NCBI GenBank assembly: GCA_028534125.1
Contig: CM052817.1
Location: 13,270,001-13,334,000 of the forward strand
Direction: 5' to 3'
Length of the DNA stretch: 64,000 nucleotides
Origin: Lama glama
Taxonomy: Eukaryota
Shown: piece after piece, positions 28,658 to 40,171 of the stretch
How positions within the stretch are numbered: the stretch's first letter is position 1
Layout of the letters: every line of letters begins with the position of its first letter
The notes under the pieces: generated by a model
What the model was told of the DNA's origin: nothing
Database searches by the model: none
Seen by the model: the letters and a program-made list of their open reading frames with translations, nothing else
Translations under genes and position numbers: made by a program

Positions 28658-29009
28658 AATGAACTCATCGACAAACAGAAACAGACTCGCAGACGTAGTA
28701 AACAATCATGGTTACCGAGGGGAAAGTGGGTGGGAAGGGATGAACTTGGGAGTTCGATATTTGCAAATGTCCACTATATATAGAAATAGATTAAAAAAAC
28801 AAATTTCTTCTCTATAAAACAGGGAACTATATTCAATATCGTATAATAACCTTTAATGAAAAAGAATATGAAAACTAATAGATGTATGTATAAGCATGCC
28901 TGGGACGTTATGCTGGACACTGGCAATCGACACATTATAACTGACTACACTTCAGTAAATTATAAATAAATAAATAAATAAATAAATAAACAAGTTTAAA
29001 AAAAAAAAA
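28658..29009 (+). mobile_element. LINE-1 3' UTR fragment, sense orientation, with (TAAA)7 and poly-A tail
   Basis: aatgaactcatcgacaaacagaaacagactc...cacattataactgactacacttca is the reverse complement of the L1 3'-end type at 53269 and related to 3455/22406. Confidence 0.85.
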
Positions 29010-29401
29010 GAATAGATTGAACTTCTTTTTCACAGCGCAGCCCCAGGGACTAAATTTTATGGAAACTCTGTGGCATTCTTGACAGCAGAGGCTGGATCTC
29101 CCCCACCGTTGTCTGTCATTGTATCTCTGCATCTTCCAGAGAATGTATTTAATGATGTTTGTTGAGTAAGTGGGTAAGTACGGCTAGATTCAGACAATGC
29201 AGTCATTAGACAGGACCCTTGCTTTATCTGCCATGACCCCAAATCTTCAGCCTGTGATACCTCAGTGATTACAGTTACAATGTGAGTGTTAAGGTTAAAA
29301 GGAATGTTATCTCATGATTGGGTTTTCTCAGGAAGGACAGAGTCTTGAAGGTGGGTTAATGAGATGCTACACTTTAATTCTGCGACTATTTGATCAAACA
29401 G

Positions 29402-29545
29402 ATTGTTGAATGCCAACAAGATAAACTGCCTTCGGGTAGATGCTTTTCAGGATCTGCACAACTTGAACCTTCTCTCCTTGTACGACAACAAGCTGCAGAC
29501 CATCGCCAAGGGCACCTTTTCACCTCTCCGGGCCATTCAGACTAT
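29402..29545 (+). CDS. SLIT2: SLIT2 exon 13 (144 nt, two LRRs of D2)
   Basis: aaacag|ATTGTTG...GACTAT|gtacgt; [47 protein letters not shown](M); seen in ORF 29403..29609. Confidence 0.96.
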
Positions 29546-29657
29546 GTACGTACCCAGCATTTGGATCAGATTTGATGACCGTTGTTGTCACTCTGAATTT
29601 GAGAGTTGAGTTCATTGCAAGTCATGTGTAAGAGTGTTCTGTATGTGTTTCTGAAAG

Positions 29658-29821
29658 GCATTTGGCCCAGAATCCCTTTATTTGTGACTGCCACCTCAAG
29701 TGGCTGGCGGATTACCTCCATACCAACCCGATTGAAACCAGCGGGGCCCGCTGCACCAGCCCCCGGCGCCTGGCAAACAAAAGAATCGGACAGATCAAAA
29801 GCAAGAAATTCCGTTGTTCAG
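29658..29821 (+). CDS. SLIT2: SLIT2 exon 14 (164 nt, D2 C-terminal cap)
   Basis: tgaaag|GCATTTG...GTTCAG|gtaatt; [54 protein letters not shown]. Shows the LRRCT cysteine pattern and the basic [12 protein letters not shown] patch known to bind heparan sulfate; phase 2-1. Confidence 0.97.
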
Positions 29822-30810
29822 GTAATTTCTTACTTCCTGTGACCTTTCCCCAGCGTTAACCAAAAACAGTAGTTACGTGAGCTGTAGCGACAGCTGGCCT
29901 TCGGCTGAATTCCCAAACATTGCAGAATCCCATTTCTTTTTCTTCTGCCCATGAAAAAAAATATAAACAGAAGTAGACGCAATTCTTACAGCACACCTAC
30001 GATGTAACTTTTTTAACATTACAGAAGAAATTAAAAAGCAGAAGAAATAAAAAAAAGACACCTGGATATTTCATACTGTCATCTCAGGGTTTGAACTTAA
30101 CAGGAGCCTTTTCGCTAATTCAGAGTGCCTTTTAAGTCTGTTAAGTCTCAGGTTTGTCCTGCTGTTTTCTATTAGTGACATAAGGTAATTAATCACGTTT
30201 TCACACGTTAAGAAAGATACCTGAGACGTGGTTACTTGATCTGCTGTGGCTGGGAAGGAGGGGAAGGATCTCCGGATTCCTTGCTCCTCTCACTGAACGC
30301 CATTTCCTCGTTTTGCACTCTCTCATTTTAAATAAGACTGTGAGGATACATTTTTTTTTCCAAAAGACCATCTTTTAACACTTTGCAAATATTACATTTA
30401 CTTATAAAAAGCGAAATATAGATCACATTGTATTCATAGTAAAGACAAAGCTTACTTCATTGAAATTTACTATTTGCTTTGCTACAATCTTTTCTATTTT
30501 CTTATAGTAAAATGCATTCTATGTGTTTTGGGTAGTAGGCTACCTAACTATTTCAGGCATTATTTCACATTCGGCAGTTAATTCATACTAAAATGCTAAT
30601 GTGGAAACAAAACTGTTTATTATCCGTGGTTCTAGATACAGTTCCTCCTCACTGTACATTGTGGAACCTCAGCCACTGCTGTGAATATACATTTTCACTT
30701 AATTATCTATAGTAACTTTAGTCCGTTCTTAATCTAATAATAACTCATATCTCTGCTTGCTGACATTCAGGTGCATCTTCTATTTTGTTTTCTCTTTTTT
30801 TTTTATTTAG

Positions 30811-30834
30811 CTAAAGAACAGTATTTCATTCCAG
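30811..30834 (+). CDS. SLIT2: SLIT2 exon 15, 24-nt alternatively spliced microexon
   Basis: Long T-rich tract, then atttag|CTAAAGAACAGTATTTCATTCCAG|gtaggt; encodes (A)KEQYFIP(G); phase 1-1 and frame-preserving. Confidence 0.93.
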
Positions 30835-33669
30835 GTAGGTTTTGCTTGGTAGTAGGACTAACTGCAGACACCCTTGCCTCACCTTATGAAATGTAGCTTC
30901 TAAAACTTTGATATGCATGCTTTGGAAAGTACAGTGGGTACTCTGTAGCTCAATTTACTTCTGCGTAGATCACTTGTAGCTGTTTCCTGAAAACCTGACC
31001 TTTGCATGCAGCTTCTGATGTTAAACATCTTCTACTATTAAACTCCCACCTTTTTTTTTTATCTCTCTCTCTCACTTTGGCACATTATCTAAAATCTCTC
31101 ACGGTAGCTAAAATGTATGAACCTATGGCTTTCTACTTAAATCATTTTCTCTCCTTATGTTGTATATCTGACCTTTCAACCTGTTTTTAAAATATAGCTT
31201 CTTGAGCTGGTTTTAAAGACAGAGACCTTCCTGTGGTCAAAGAACTAGTTCTACATGAAATCAGTTACAAACACACAGAATTGTGTTTTCGATCATGAGA
31301 TTTACTTTTTTATAGAGATTGTTAGACTCAAAAGACGTCCCTTTTAGCTTTACTTTGGTTGCCATTGCTTCAGTTTTTACACAAAAGCAGCAGCTTTCTG
31401 CTAATTTACATGCAGTTGCATCTTATTTGTGACTTTAAATTCTTGCACACCTGGCCTCACAGTATAATAGTGCCACAGAAACAATATTGACACCCATCCT
31501 GGAAGCATCAGAAGTTCATGGGCACCAAGTGTCTTCAATAACTTAGGCAGGTGAATGGAATGTTTCTTAGAAAAATAAGTGAAACGTTTACCACTACAAT
31601 CTTAACACAATCAAGGCTGATGATTCTAGAACTAGCTCTTTGAAATATGTTTCTTTACTTGTTTTTCCTTGCCTGCCAATTGTGTAAAATGCCTCTTGAC
31701 CTGTATGTTTTAAACCATTATATAAAAATATGTGTTAATAATTCGTTGGCCACAATTACAATCTCCTGGGTATACTCTAGACTATAATATATTTTAAGAA
31801 TTATAAATAAAAAGATATTTCTAAGGTGTCAGTGTGAAAAACCATACTTACTTCCTTAAGAAGAGCTCTGGGTTTGGTCCCTATTTTGAGGAGATATGTG
31901 TTGCGTGTCATTGTTGAATTATAACATGAATAATTTTATGTATTTAACAGATTCTGTTTTATTACTTATTTTGACTTGAATGATGAGTAATATTTCATAT
32001 ATTATGCAGGCTGCAGAAGAAATAACATGTTGAAAATAACAGCTGATTGACTTTCATTGGCAATCTTTAAAATTCGTTATTTTTATCCAATTATTTTAAG
32101 TAGGAAGCAATCTGATAGCTATTACCCAGAAAAACTATTGAAAAACAGAATACCTGTCGGATAAAACATTCCTATTACTTAAATCCCCAAATTAGAGAAG
32201 GTGATATAATTGTTATCAAATCATTTAATCTATTGCATTTAAATATTCTTTATCAATAATTTAGAAATTAATATTTCTAATTCACCAAATAAGGCGCAAA
32301 AGTCATAATTGTTTTCATAAATTCTGATGCAGTTTTGCCCTCTTATTTACAGCAGCCAAAACAGGTTTTGGGGAAAAATCCTTTTACATTAGATATCATG
32401 GCTTAATTGTCAATTTCTGACAAGAATTACAGAAATCAAGTCTCAGAAGAATTCTTTGGGCCTCCTCTCCCTTTTTCTCCCCCAGATTTTAATTCAAATC
32501 TGAGCCTACCTAAAGGGCAATGATAAAATAAGCGTTATTGTCACTGCGCTGGATGCAGAGTATTTTCAATGTAAAATACCTCTTGTGTCTGTCATCTAGA
32601 CTTTGTTCCCACTATTTTCTCATTTCACTTTTAAAATGAGAGTTTAAACCACAAGAGATCCTCAAAAAATGCCATGGCATTAATTGCCAATTGCCAAACT
32701 GAATGAAACTATCATATTCAGCTTTGCCAACTTCTTCCGAGGTCCTGATTCCATTTCAACTAAGCGACATTATTTATAAGTTGGAAAGGTCATTAAAAAG
32801 CGTGTAAGCTGCAGCCTAAGGTTTAAGCCAAACGTTCCAAGGCTGGTCCTTGAAGAGCTCATGACTGGTTTTTCACTCAGTTTTCCCTACTTACTTGCCT
32901 ACCACCATCTGGATGGCATTCTAGAAATTAGAATGGTAACTCAAAGAAAACTCATGTTATGGAGACTTCATCTTTTAAAGGAATCAACAAGAACTTAATT
33001 TGTGCTCTGCATCTTGTACTCCATGGCTTCTCCTGTAAGACCACTGTGCTTCAAAAAACTATTACAAAAGTGTTAAAAAAGCATGATGATTCCTGCCACG
33101 CCAGGCCACTCCCTGAGCCTCACCACAATAAGGGGAGAAGGAAGAGACCGTAGTTAATTTTCTGTATGTGTATCTGCATCTTAATTGGGTTTACTCTGTC
33201 TTTCTTTCCCCCTTGGTGATCTTTACTTTTGCAGGAATTCACCATTTTGGCTGTAAGTAAAAGTGTCTGATCTGAAACATAATGTCCTCCCTTTTCGATC
33301 CTGATGTACCTTCTTTGAGTCTCACTCTTTTGCGCCTTTATTTTTTTTTTCCCAAGAAGAAACCACAGATCTCTTGAGCTTCTCTGTTGTCCTTGTAGCT
33401 CACCTTCAACTTCTTCCTGGATGTTGTTCCCGAAAGCTGTTGTTTCCATTCTGCAGTTCTGAGGAACGTTGGAGGCACCTCTCAGTATAGCCCCTTCTTT
33501 GTGTTTCCAGGAAATCTTCGGTAGTAATACTCTTACTATGGTCATAAACATTCTGCGGGAAGAATGCATGTCATGTAAACAGTATTACGTTTCCAGAACG
33601 TCTGTAGCTTTTCTCCTGCTTCCCTTCATCTCTCCTTTTGGTCTTACCCTTGGCCTAGTGGATGGTGTA

Positions 33670-33779
33670 GTGATTATGTAGCGAGATTTTCTGTTGTGCT
33701 TGATCTAACCATGTGGTTGCCAGGTATAAGTAAAACATGGTTCCGTCAAGCACCATGGAACGTCACGCAGCTTTCTACA
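33670..33779 (+). ncRNA. MIR218-1: pri/pre-miR-218-1 hairpin; mature miR-218-5p at 33694-33714
   Basis: TTGTGCTTGATCTAACCATGT (33694-33714) is the miR-218-5p sequence. It pairs with the 3' arm ACATGGTTCCGTCAAGCAC (33735-33753), and lies in the SLIT2 intron and orientation known for miR-218-1. Confidence 0.98.
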
Positions 33780-34342
33780 GCATGACAAGCTGCTGAGGCT
33801 TAAATCAGGATTTACTTGTCTCTTTTGATAAAATCAAAATGAAAAAAAAAAAAGAGGGCTTTTTAAGCATTTCCGAAGATTATGTGAGAGGGAGAGAATA
33901 ATGAAAGACCATAGAAAATTTAAAAACCTGAGTCCATCTATTTGCCTCGAAAGCCCTAATTTACAATGATATATAGGCATCTGTTTATTACTGGATACAT
34001 TTTAAATTCTTGACTCAGAGAAAAAATAAACTTCGTAACGATGAATAGCCATTGTGTGATTAGCTGTCAAATAGGCTAGAATGGCTCATAACTGGATCAG
34101 CAGAAAGTACAGCTGTGAAAAGCTCAACTCTGTTAATGTTTTCCTGTCCTGTGAATCTGGTTACTCTTTTTTCCAGCAAATCCCAAGCCCTTGTTTTAAC
34201 CCTCTCCTGGCATCCATTGACCAGAACTCCCCAAGTTGTCTCCCTGCTACATAATCTCTAGTTATCTTTCTCTTCCTACAAAGTGACCAATATTCTAACC
34301 TCCAGACTCACCGCCTTCTTCTGTGGCTTGACTCCTCAATAG

Positions 34343-34493
34343 GTACAGAAGACTATCGATCAAAATTAAGTGGAGACTGCTTTGCCGACTTGGCTTGCCC
34401 GGAAAAATGTCGCTGTGAAGGGACCACGGTAGATTGCTCCAATCAAAAACTCACCAAGATTCCGGACCACATTCCCCAGTACACCGCAGAGCT
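34343..34493 (+). CDS. SLIT2: SLIT2 exon 16 (151 nt, D3 N-terminal cap)
   Basis: caatag|GTACAGAA...GAGCT|gtgagt; (G)[49 protein letters not shown](L); LRRNT CPxxCxC motif; phase 1-2. Confidence 0.97.
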
Positions 34494-35794
34494 GTGAGTT
34501 CCCCTCCCAGCAACACCCGGGTTGTGGGGGGGAGGGGATGAAAGCATCAAAGCACTGGAATTTTTTGTCTTACCTTTTGATTCTCAATAATTACATCAAT
34601 TTTAATTAACCTGCATTGGCCTAACCCTTCTTTATGCAAGTGTGTATATTAAAGGCCATCTTACTTCATCTTTCTGGCCCAAGATACAAAGACAGAAATG
34701 AATTCACCTTTCAAAAATGCAGTTAGCACTTAATAATGCTAATAATACTGGTACTCACTTGTTATCTATTTATTGGGTATTACTTAGGCCCAAAGCCATT
34801 TCTAAGCACTTAATAGCTTTTGAATGTATTTAGTCTCTCCAGCAACCAGATAAATTAGTTTGGGAGTCACCATTTTGAATTTCCATTCATTAGGAACTCA
34901 GAGTCCTTTTTCATCAGCTTTATGACTTTACTGAATCACGAGTGGAAGGATTCAGTGCTTATCAAGTATTAATCACAAAGGATAGTTTTTTCCTGAACAG
35001 TGAATATCACAGCAGGAAAAGCTGGAAAGACAGAGTGTGATCAGATTTATATTTATAACACTAACATAGGGCGTAGCGCATATGTGGTTCTAAAGTATGT
35101 TTATTGAATCATTTACAGGTTCTGTGCCCATGTTTGGTCAGCCTTTACTGACTTTATTTATAAAAGTATGCCCTTTAATGTTAGTGTTTCTAAAAATCCA
35201 AGAAAAACCTAGTAAAATCCCATCATTTTCGGAACATCTTAGCAATGTTTATATGTAGCACCATCTGGAATTTGTCATTAACTGCTTTGCAGAGTTGGTT
35301 GCCTTTTTGTGCGTGTATCATTCTTTTGTCTTCAACTAGATTATGGCCCCTTCATGACAGGGATGGTGTTTTATGGTTTATCTCCCAGAGGGCCTGTACT
35401 CATGCTTGTCATTTAATGAATTTTAAGCAATTTGAATAATTAAAAATAATATAATGGTTTCAAAAAGATGACAGAAAGTAACTACCTAGTGGTTACCCTG
35501 TTTTACATTTCTGTTAGTTGATGAAGCTATTTCACAGGTCCAGGACTTCAAAAATGCATAGAGACCATGCAGCAGAAGCCCTGAACTCTGTATTTATTGT
35601 CATGAAGGGAGTTATACTTATTTCCAATAATACCACAGACAGTAATTCAAATTCTATCTTCCAGCATGAGAACACTTCAAGTAAGTGTACTCATCAATCA
35701 AGAATTTAGAAACTATTATCTAAATTATCTTCAGCAAAGGTTGTATGTGTTTTCAGAAATTAAGACTTTCTTTTTACATTTTACGTTTAAAAAT

Positions 35795-36755
35795 CAGTAC
35801 TGGAAAGAGAATATTTGCAAAACATATATATGATAAGGGACCTATAGCCAGAATATATAAAGAGCTCTTACAACTCAACAAATAAAATGTGCTTATCCAA
35901 TTAAAAAGGGGTCAAATGATTTGTATAGACATTTCTCCAAAGACGATATGCAAATGGCCAATAAGCACGTGAAAAAATACTCAGTATCATCAGGCATGAG
36001 GAAAATGCAAATCAAAACCACGGTGAGGTAGCTCTTCACACCCAGTAGGATGGCTTAAAAAGAAAGACAGTAACGGGTAAGAGAAATTGACCCCATCATA
36101 CATTGCTGCTGGAAATGTGAAATGGTGCAGTCCTTTTGAAAATAGTTTGGCTCTTCCTCAAGGAGTTCAACACAGATTTAGCATGTGAAGCAACAATTTC
36201 ATACCTATGCATATATCCAAAGGAACTGAAAACATATGTCCACACAAAAACTTGTACACCAGTGTTCCTAGAAGCATTATTTATAATAATCAAGAAGTGG
36301 AAGCACCTCAAATGTCCATCCGCTGATGGATGGATAAACAGCTATGATATGTCTATACCATTGAATATAATCTGGCCATGAAATGGGAGAAGTACTGATA
36401 CATGCTAAAGGTGGAAGAGCCTTGTAAACATGAGGTGAAGTGAAAAAAAGCCTGACAGGGAAAGCCACATCTTGTATGATTCCATTTATGTGAAATGTTC
36501 AGAATAGGGAAATCCATGGAGGCAGAGACTAATTTCGTGGCTGCCAAGGACTGAGGCAGTGGGGGCAGCAAATTGAGAATGACTGTGGATGGGTATAAGG
36601 TTTCTTTTCTGAGTGATGATAAAGGAGTTCTGGAATTGAGAGGCAAAGATGATGGCACCAGTTTGTGAATATTCTAAAAACCACTGAATTGTATGCTTTA
36701 AAGGATAAACTTTATGGTGTGTAAAATGTGTATCAATAAAGCTGTTAATAAAAAT
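35795..36755 (+). mobile_element. Older LINE-1 3' fragment (L1MB-like)
   Basis: ORF2-end similarity (ORF 36136..36381, IYPKELKTYVHTKTCTPVFLEALFIIIKKWKHLKCPS); ends tcaataaagctgttaataaaaa. Confidence 0.88.
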
Positions 36756-37102
36756 ATTTGTGAAGCAAGTGACTAGAAAAACAGTCCACAGTGCTTTTGG
36801 GGGAAGGGGAAATAGTGAAAAAGAAAAGTGTGAGAAACTGCTCTGCAGATTACCAAATGGGAGTTTTGATTTTTGATTACTGGTTTTCTTTACTATGTGC
36901 TTCTTCATATGTTTTTATTTTGATCATTAGAATGTGAGACAAATGGGAAAAAAATCAGTACTTCCCACAAATTTTCTGATACGTGTCCAATATTTTGCTC
37001 TAGGATAATCATTGAATAATGTTATAATTCTGTACAAGAAATAAAGTCTAATCTCTTCCTGACTGTTGGGAATGAAACTTTTCTGTTTCTTTTTTCCCCT
37101 AG

Positions 37103-37177
37103 GCGCCTCAATAGTAACGAATTTACAGTGTTGGAAGCTACAGGGATCTTCAAGAAACTTCCTCAGTTGCGTAAAAT
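37103..37177 (+). CDS. SLIT2: SLIT2 exon 17 (75 nt, LRR of D3)
   Basis: ccctag|GCGCCTC...TAAAAT|gtaagc; [24 protein letters not shown](I). Confidence 0.96.
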
Positions 37178-38635
37178 GTAAGCCATATACTAGGCATCTT
37201 TTAAAATTTCTGTAGTGTTGTGTTTTCTTATCCTTTTGCAGCTTTATTTCGACTTCTTTGGAAATTGGGAAATATAAAAGAGCCAGAGAAATCCCCATAC
37301 CACCTGTGACATGAATGTAGGGTAAACTCTGAGAGGAAGCTAAGGAACTGCGTCTTGTCTAGGCAGTCCAGCAATGCCGACCACGTTGCACATAGCAGAA
37401 TCCTAGCATGTTACTTTGGCTCAGACAGCTGGCCTGCTCTGCGGCCACAGCAGGAGTCCAGCCATCTAAGCACACTGGAGATGAGTTCCGTGATGTTTTG
37501 TAACTTCCTTTTCTATTCCCCAAACCATGCTGCGATTTCTCCTTCAGCACATTCATGTCGACTGTTTGGCTTTTTGCTTCATTAAACTTTCATTAGAAGA
37601 TAGTCAAAATGAATGATTGGTAAACTGGCTTGATAGCTCATCTGTGTTACTCCACGTGCTACGGCTCATAGCGTAAAATAAGTTTATTAAGCTCAGCAGC
37701 TTCAACCACACGCAGGCAGTGATCCACCCCCCCGGGGAGGATGGAAGGAGGGACAGGACAGAGGCCATGAGTGTGGAGCCCAGGAGACACCCTCCACATC
37801 ACAGGACACATCAGGAGGAGGAGGGGGGCGTTCCTCTGTGTTGCCTGTGTTTTGCGTAACCGGCCCCCAGTCACATAGACTGTGAGTGGCAGTGCATGTT
37901 GTGTATTGTAATGTGCACTGAGCAGCTGACGTGTGCAATGCTCTGAAAGGAATCAAATGATACATAAAAATGATTCCTGTTCTTGGGCATCCCTGGTCTC
38001 AGAGTGAGCCTTGAGAAAGAGGAAGATAGAACCTGTGGGAAGGTGTTACCTCTATTGGGTGTTCTTACCCTCTGCGCAGGCATTGTAGTATTTCGAATCA
38101 TACAGATTCCTGACGGTTAAGTTGGTGGTTCTGACACATTATTACATGAGAAGTTTCACTGGGAACAATCCCGTATTCAGATACATTTCTGATGCTGTCT
38201 ACACCCCAGTACATTTGAGCCCTTCCTTCTTTTTTCCACCCAGTTGCCTTCTTTCAGTCATTAATTCATTCAACACTTTTAATCAGGGGCATTTCCTGGG
38301 AAAGTTTCTTATTTAGTTCTGTGGAAAACAGAAAAGTTTACACAACTCAAGACCTCACCTCTAGGGTCCAGAGACCCTTGCAGATTATTTTGACACTGAT
38401 TGGTCTGGTAGTTTTTCAGCCTAGATGTCACCCCTTTGTGTGATTACCACTTCAGCGTGACGGAATCAGAAGGTGGGGGCTTTTCAGAGCCTTGGGCATG
38501 CCAGGCAGGAAGGAGCGTGGAGCTTCTGTGGAAGACTTCTGCTCAGTAGAAGACAGTGATGAAGCATGTTGTCTCAGTGCCCTCACCGTTAGAAAGAAAT
38601 TGTTTCACATATTTGTTTCAACCATTTTTATTTAG

Positions 38636-38779
38636 AAACTTTAGCAACAATAAGATCACAGACATTGAAGAGGGAGTGTTTGAAGGAGCATCTGGTGTAA
38701 ACGAAATACTTCTCACAAGTAATCGTCTGGAAAACGTTCAGCATAAAATGTTCAAGGGATTGGAAAGCCTCAAAACTTT
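38636..38779 (+). CDS. SLIT2: SLIT2 exon 18 (144 nt, two LRRs of D3)
   Basis: atttag|AAACTTT...AACTTT|gtaagt; [47 protein letters not shown](L). Confidence 0.96.
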
Positions 38780-38937
38780 GTAAGTATTCTTTGCACAGAG
38801 TTGCGCCGCAGGGTCGTAATTCAGAGGTTATTATATTCTTGGGGGGTGGCCCCTACTCTTCCTCATCCACCCCCGTCGCTGTCTCTGTTCCCATCTCTGT
38901 CTCTCTCTGTGTCTTCTAGGTCTCCCTCCATCCCTCC

Positions 38938-38971
<34 letters not shown>

Positions 38972-39014
38972 GGCATACAGACACACGCACACACGCACAC
39001 ACGCACACACACAC
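38938..39014. repeat. Compound (CT)n(CA)n microsatellite
   Basis: CT run followed by an interrupted CA/CACG run. Confidence 0.92.
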
Positions 39015-39709
39015 GTTTTATGGAAACAACCATTGCTCCCATACCCCTGACTTCAGTACGTTGCTTACAAATAATCAAAGGAGCTGTTGATTCCTCAACA
39101 GAAAAATACCATCTTTGCTCCAGTGCTTGTCCAGCTCTGGCTGCCCTGTTCTTCCTCAGAGTAATCATTCTCTCCCCTTTTTCTCAAATACCTCTGTCCA
39201 GTACTCCCTCTTGGCCCAAGGTCGCTAGCTTCAGACCCCCCTCTACCCCCAGCCTATCTGGAGACTGACTGCCTTTGTCTGCCCCTGCAAGGTCTTAGTG
39301 AAAAAGGGAGAAGCTGGCTGGTGGTAGAGCTGTTAACTGTCAGCTTTGAAGAAAACATGCTAAGAGTATGTTTACTTACTCAGGGGTGAGGAGGTTGGGA
39401 AAACGAAGTTCTGTATGTTTCCAAAAGGTTGCTGGCCAAGGAGGGCGGGGCTTGGCTTGACTAGTAAGGAGAACACCTGGAATGTTCTGCTGTGTGTATC
39501 CGTGGTTTTCATAATCTCTAAGGCATATTATTAAGTTTAACGAAAGTGGTGGCCTAAAAATTAGAAGAGACACAAACGAAACTCTGAAGCCTTTGGAAGA
39601 GAAGCAGAGATTGCAGTGGAGAGAGGCCATGTTCCAGCGTCCCCCCAGACCCTCACCCTGCCCCGTGCAGCCACCGAGAGCCACGCCCAGGGGCCCGACA
39701 GCCGAGGAA

Positions 39710-39800
39710 GCCCACTGCCCGCCCTTTACAGATGCGGAGGGGGAGGGCGTTGCCCCAGCCCGCGCGGCTGTGCCCGTGGCATCCCGGATTCCCGTCCTGC
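39710..39800 (-). mobile_element. GC-shifted MIR fragment
   Basis: ccctttacagatgcggag...ttgccccagcccgcgcggctgtgcccgtggc aligns to recalled MIR cattttacagatgaggaa...ttgcccaaggtcacacagctagtaagtggc. Confidence 0.65.
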
Positions 39801-40171
39801 TCGCACACCTCTGCACAGGAAAGTGGGCGGGTGCTCCCTGAGCCTCGCAGGGTAGCCTGGAGCCTGACCGTCCCACACAGCCAGCCTGCAGCCTGCGACC
39901 CCTCCCGCGGGCCAGCTCGGAGTCCCTTCAAAATGCAACATGCAATGCGAATATTCCTTCAGTGTGTGGAAGGAGGGCGGAGGAGACGCACCAAGGCGGC
40001 GACATCTACTCCTGCCCCCGCTCCCCTCCCCCAGGCCCAGCAAAACAGAAACCCTGCAACAAAGGGAAGCCTGCCTTCTTCGCGAGGAGCTGAGCGACTG
40101 TTGCTGCTAGAACCTTCTCCTTGCGGGGCAGAGTGTGTCCAGGGAGGGGCAGGGGTGGGCCTGTACCTGCC

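Noticed and set aside
30768..30772. CAG|GT upstream of the microexon as an alternative or recursive splice site
   Set aside because: No pyrimidine tract in front, too close to the candidate branch point, and use would frameshift.
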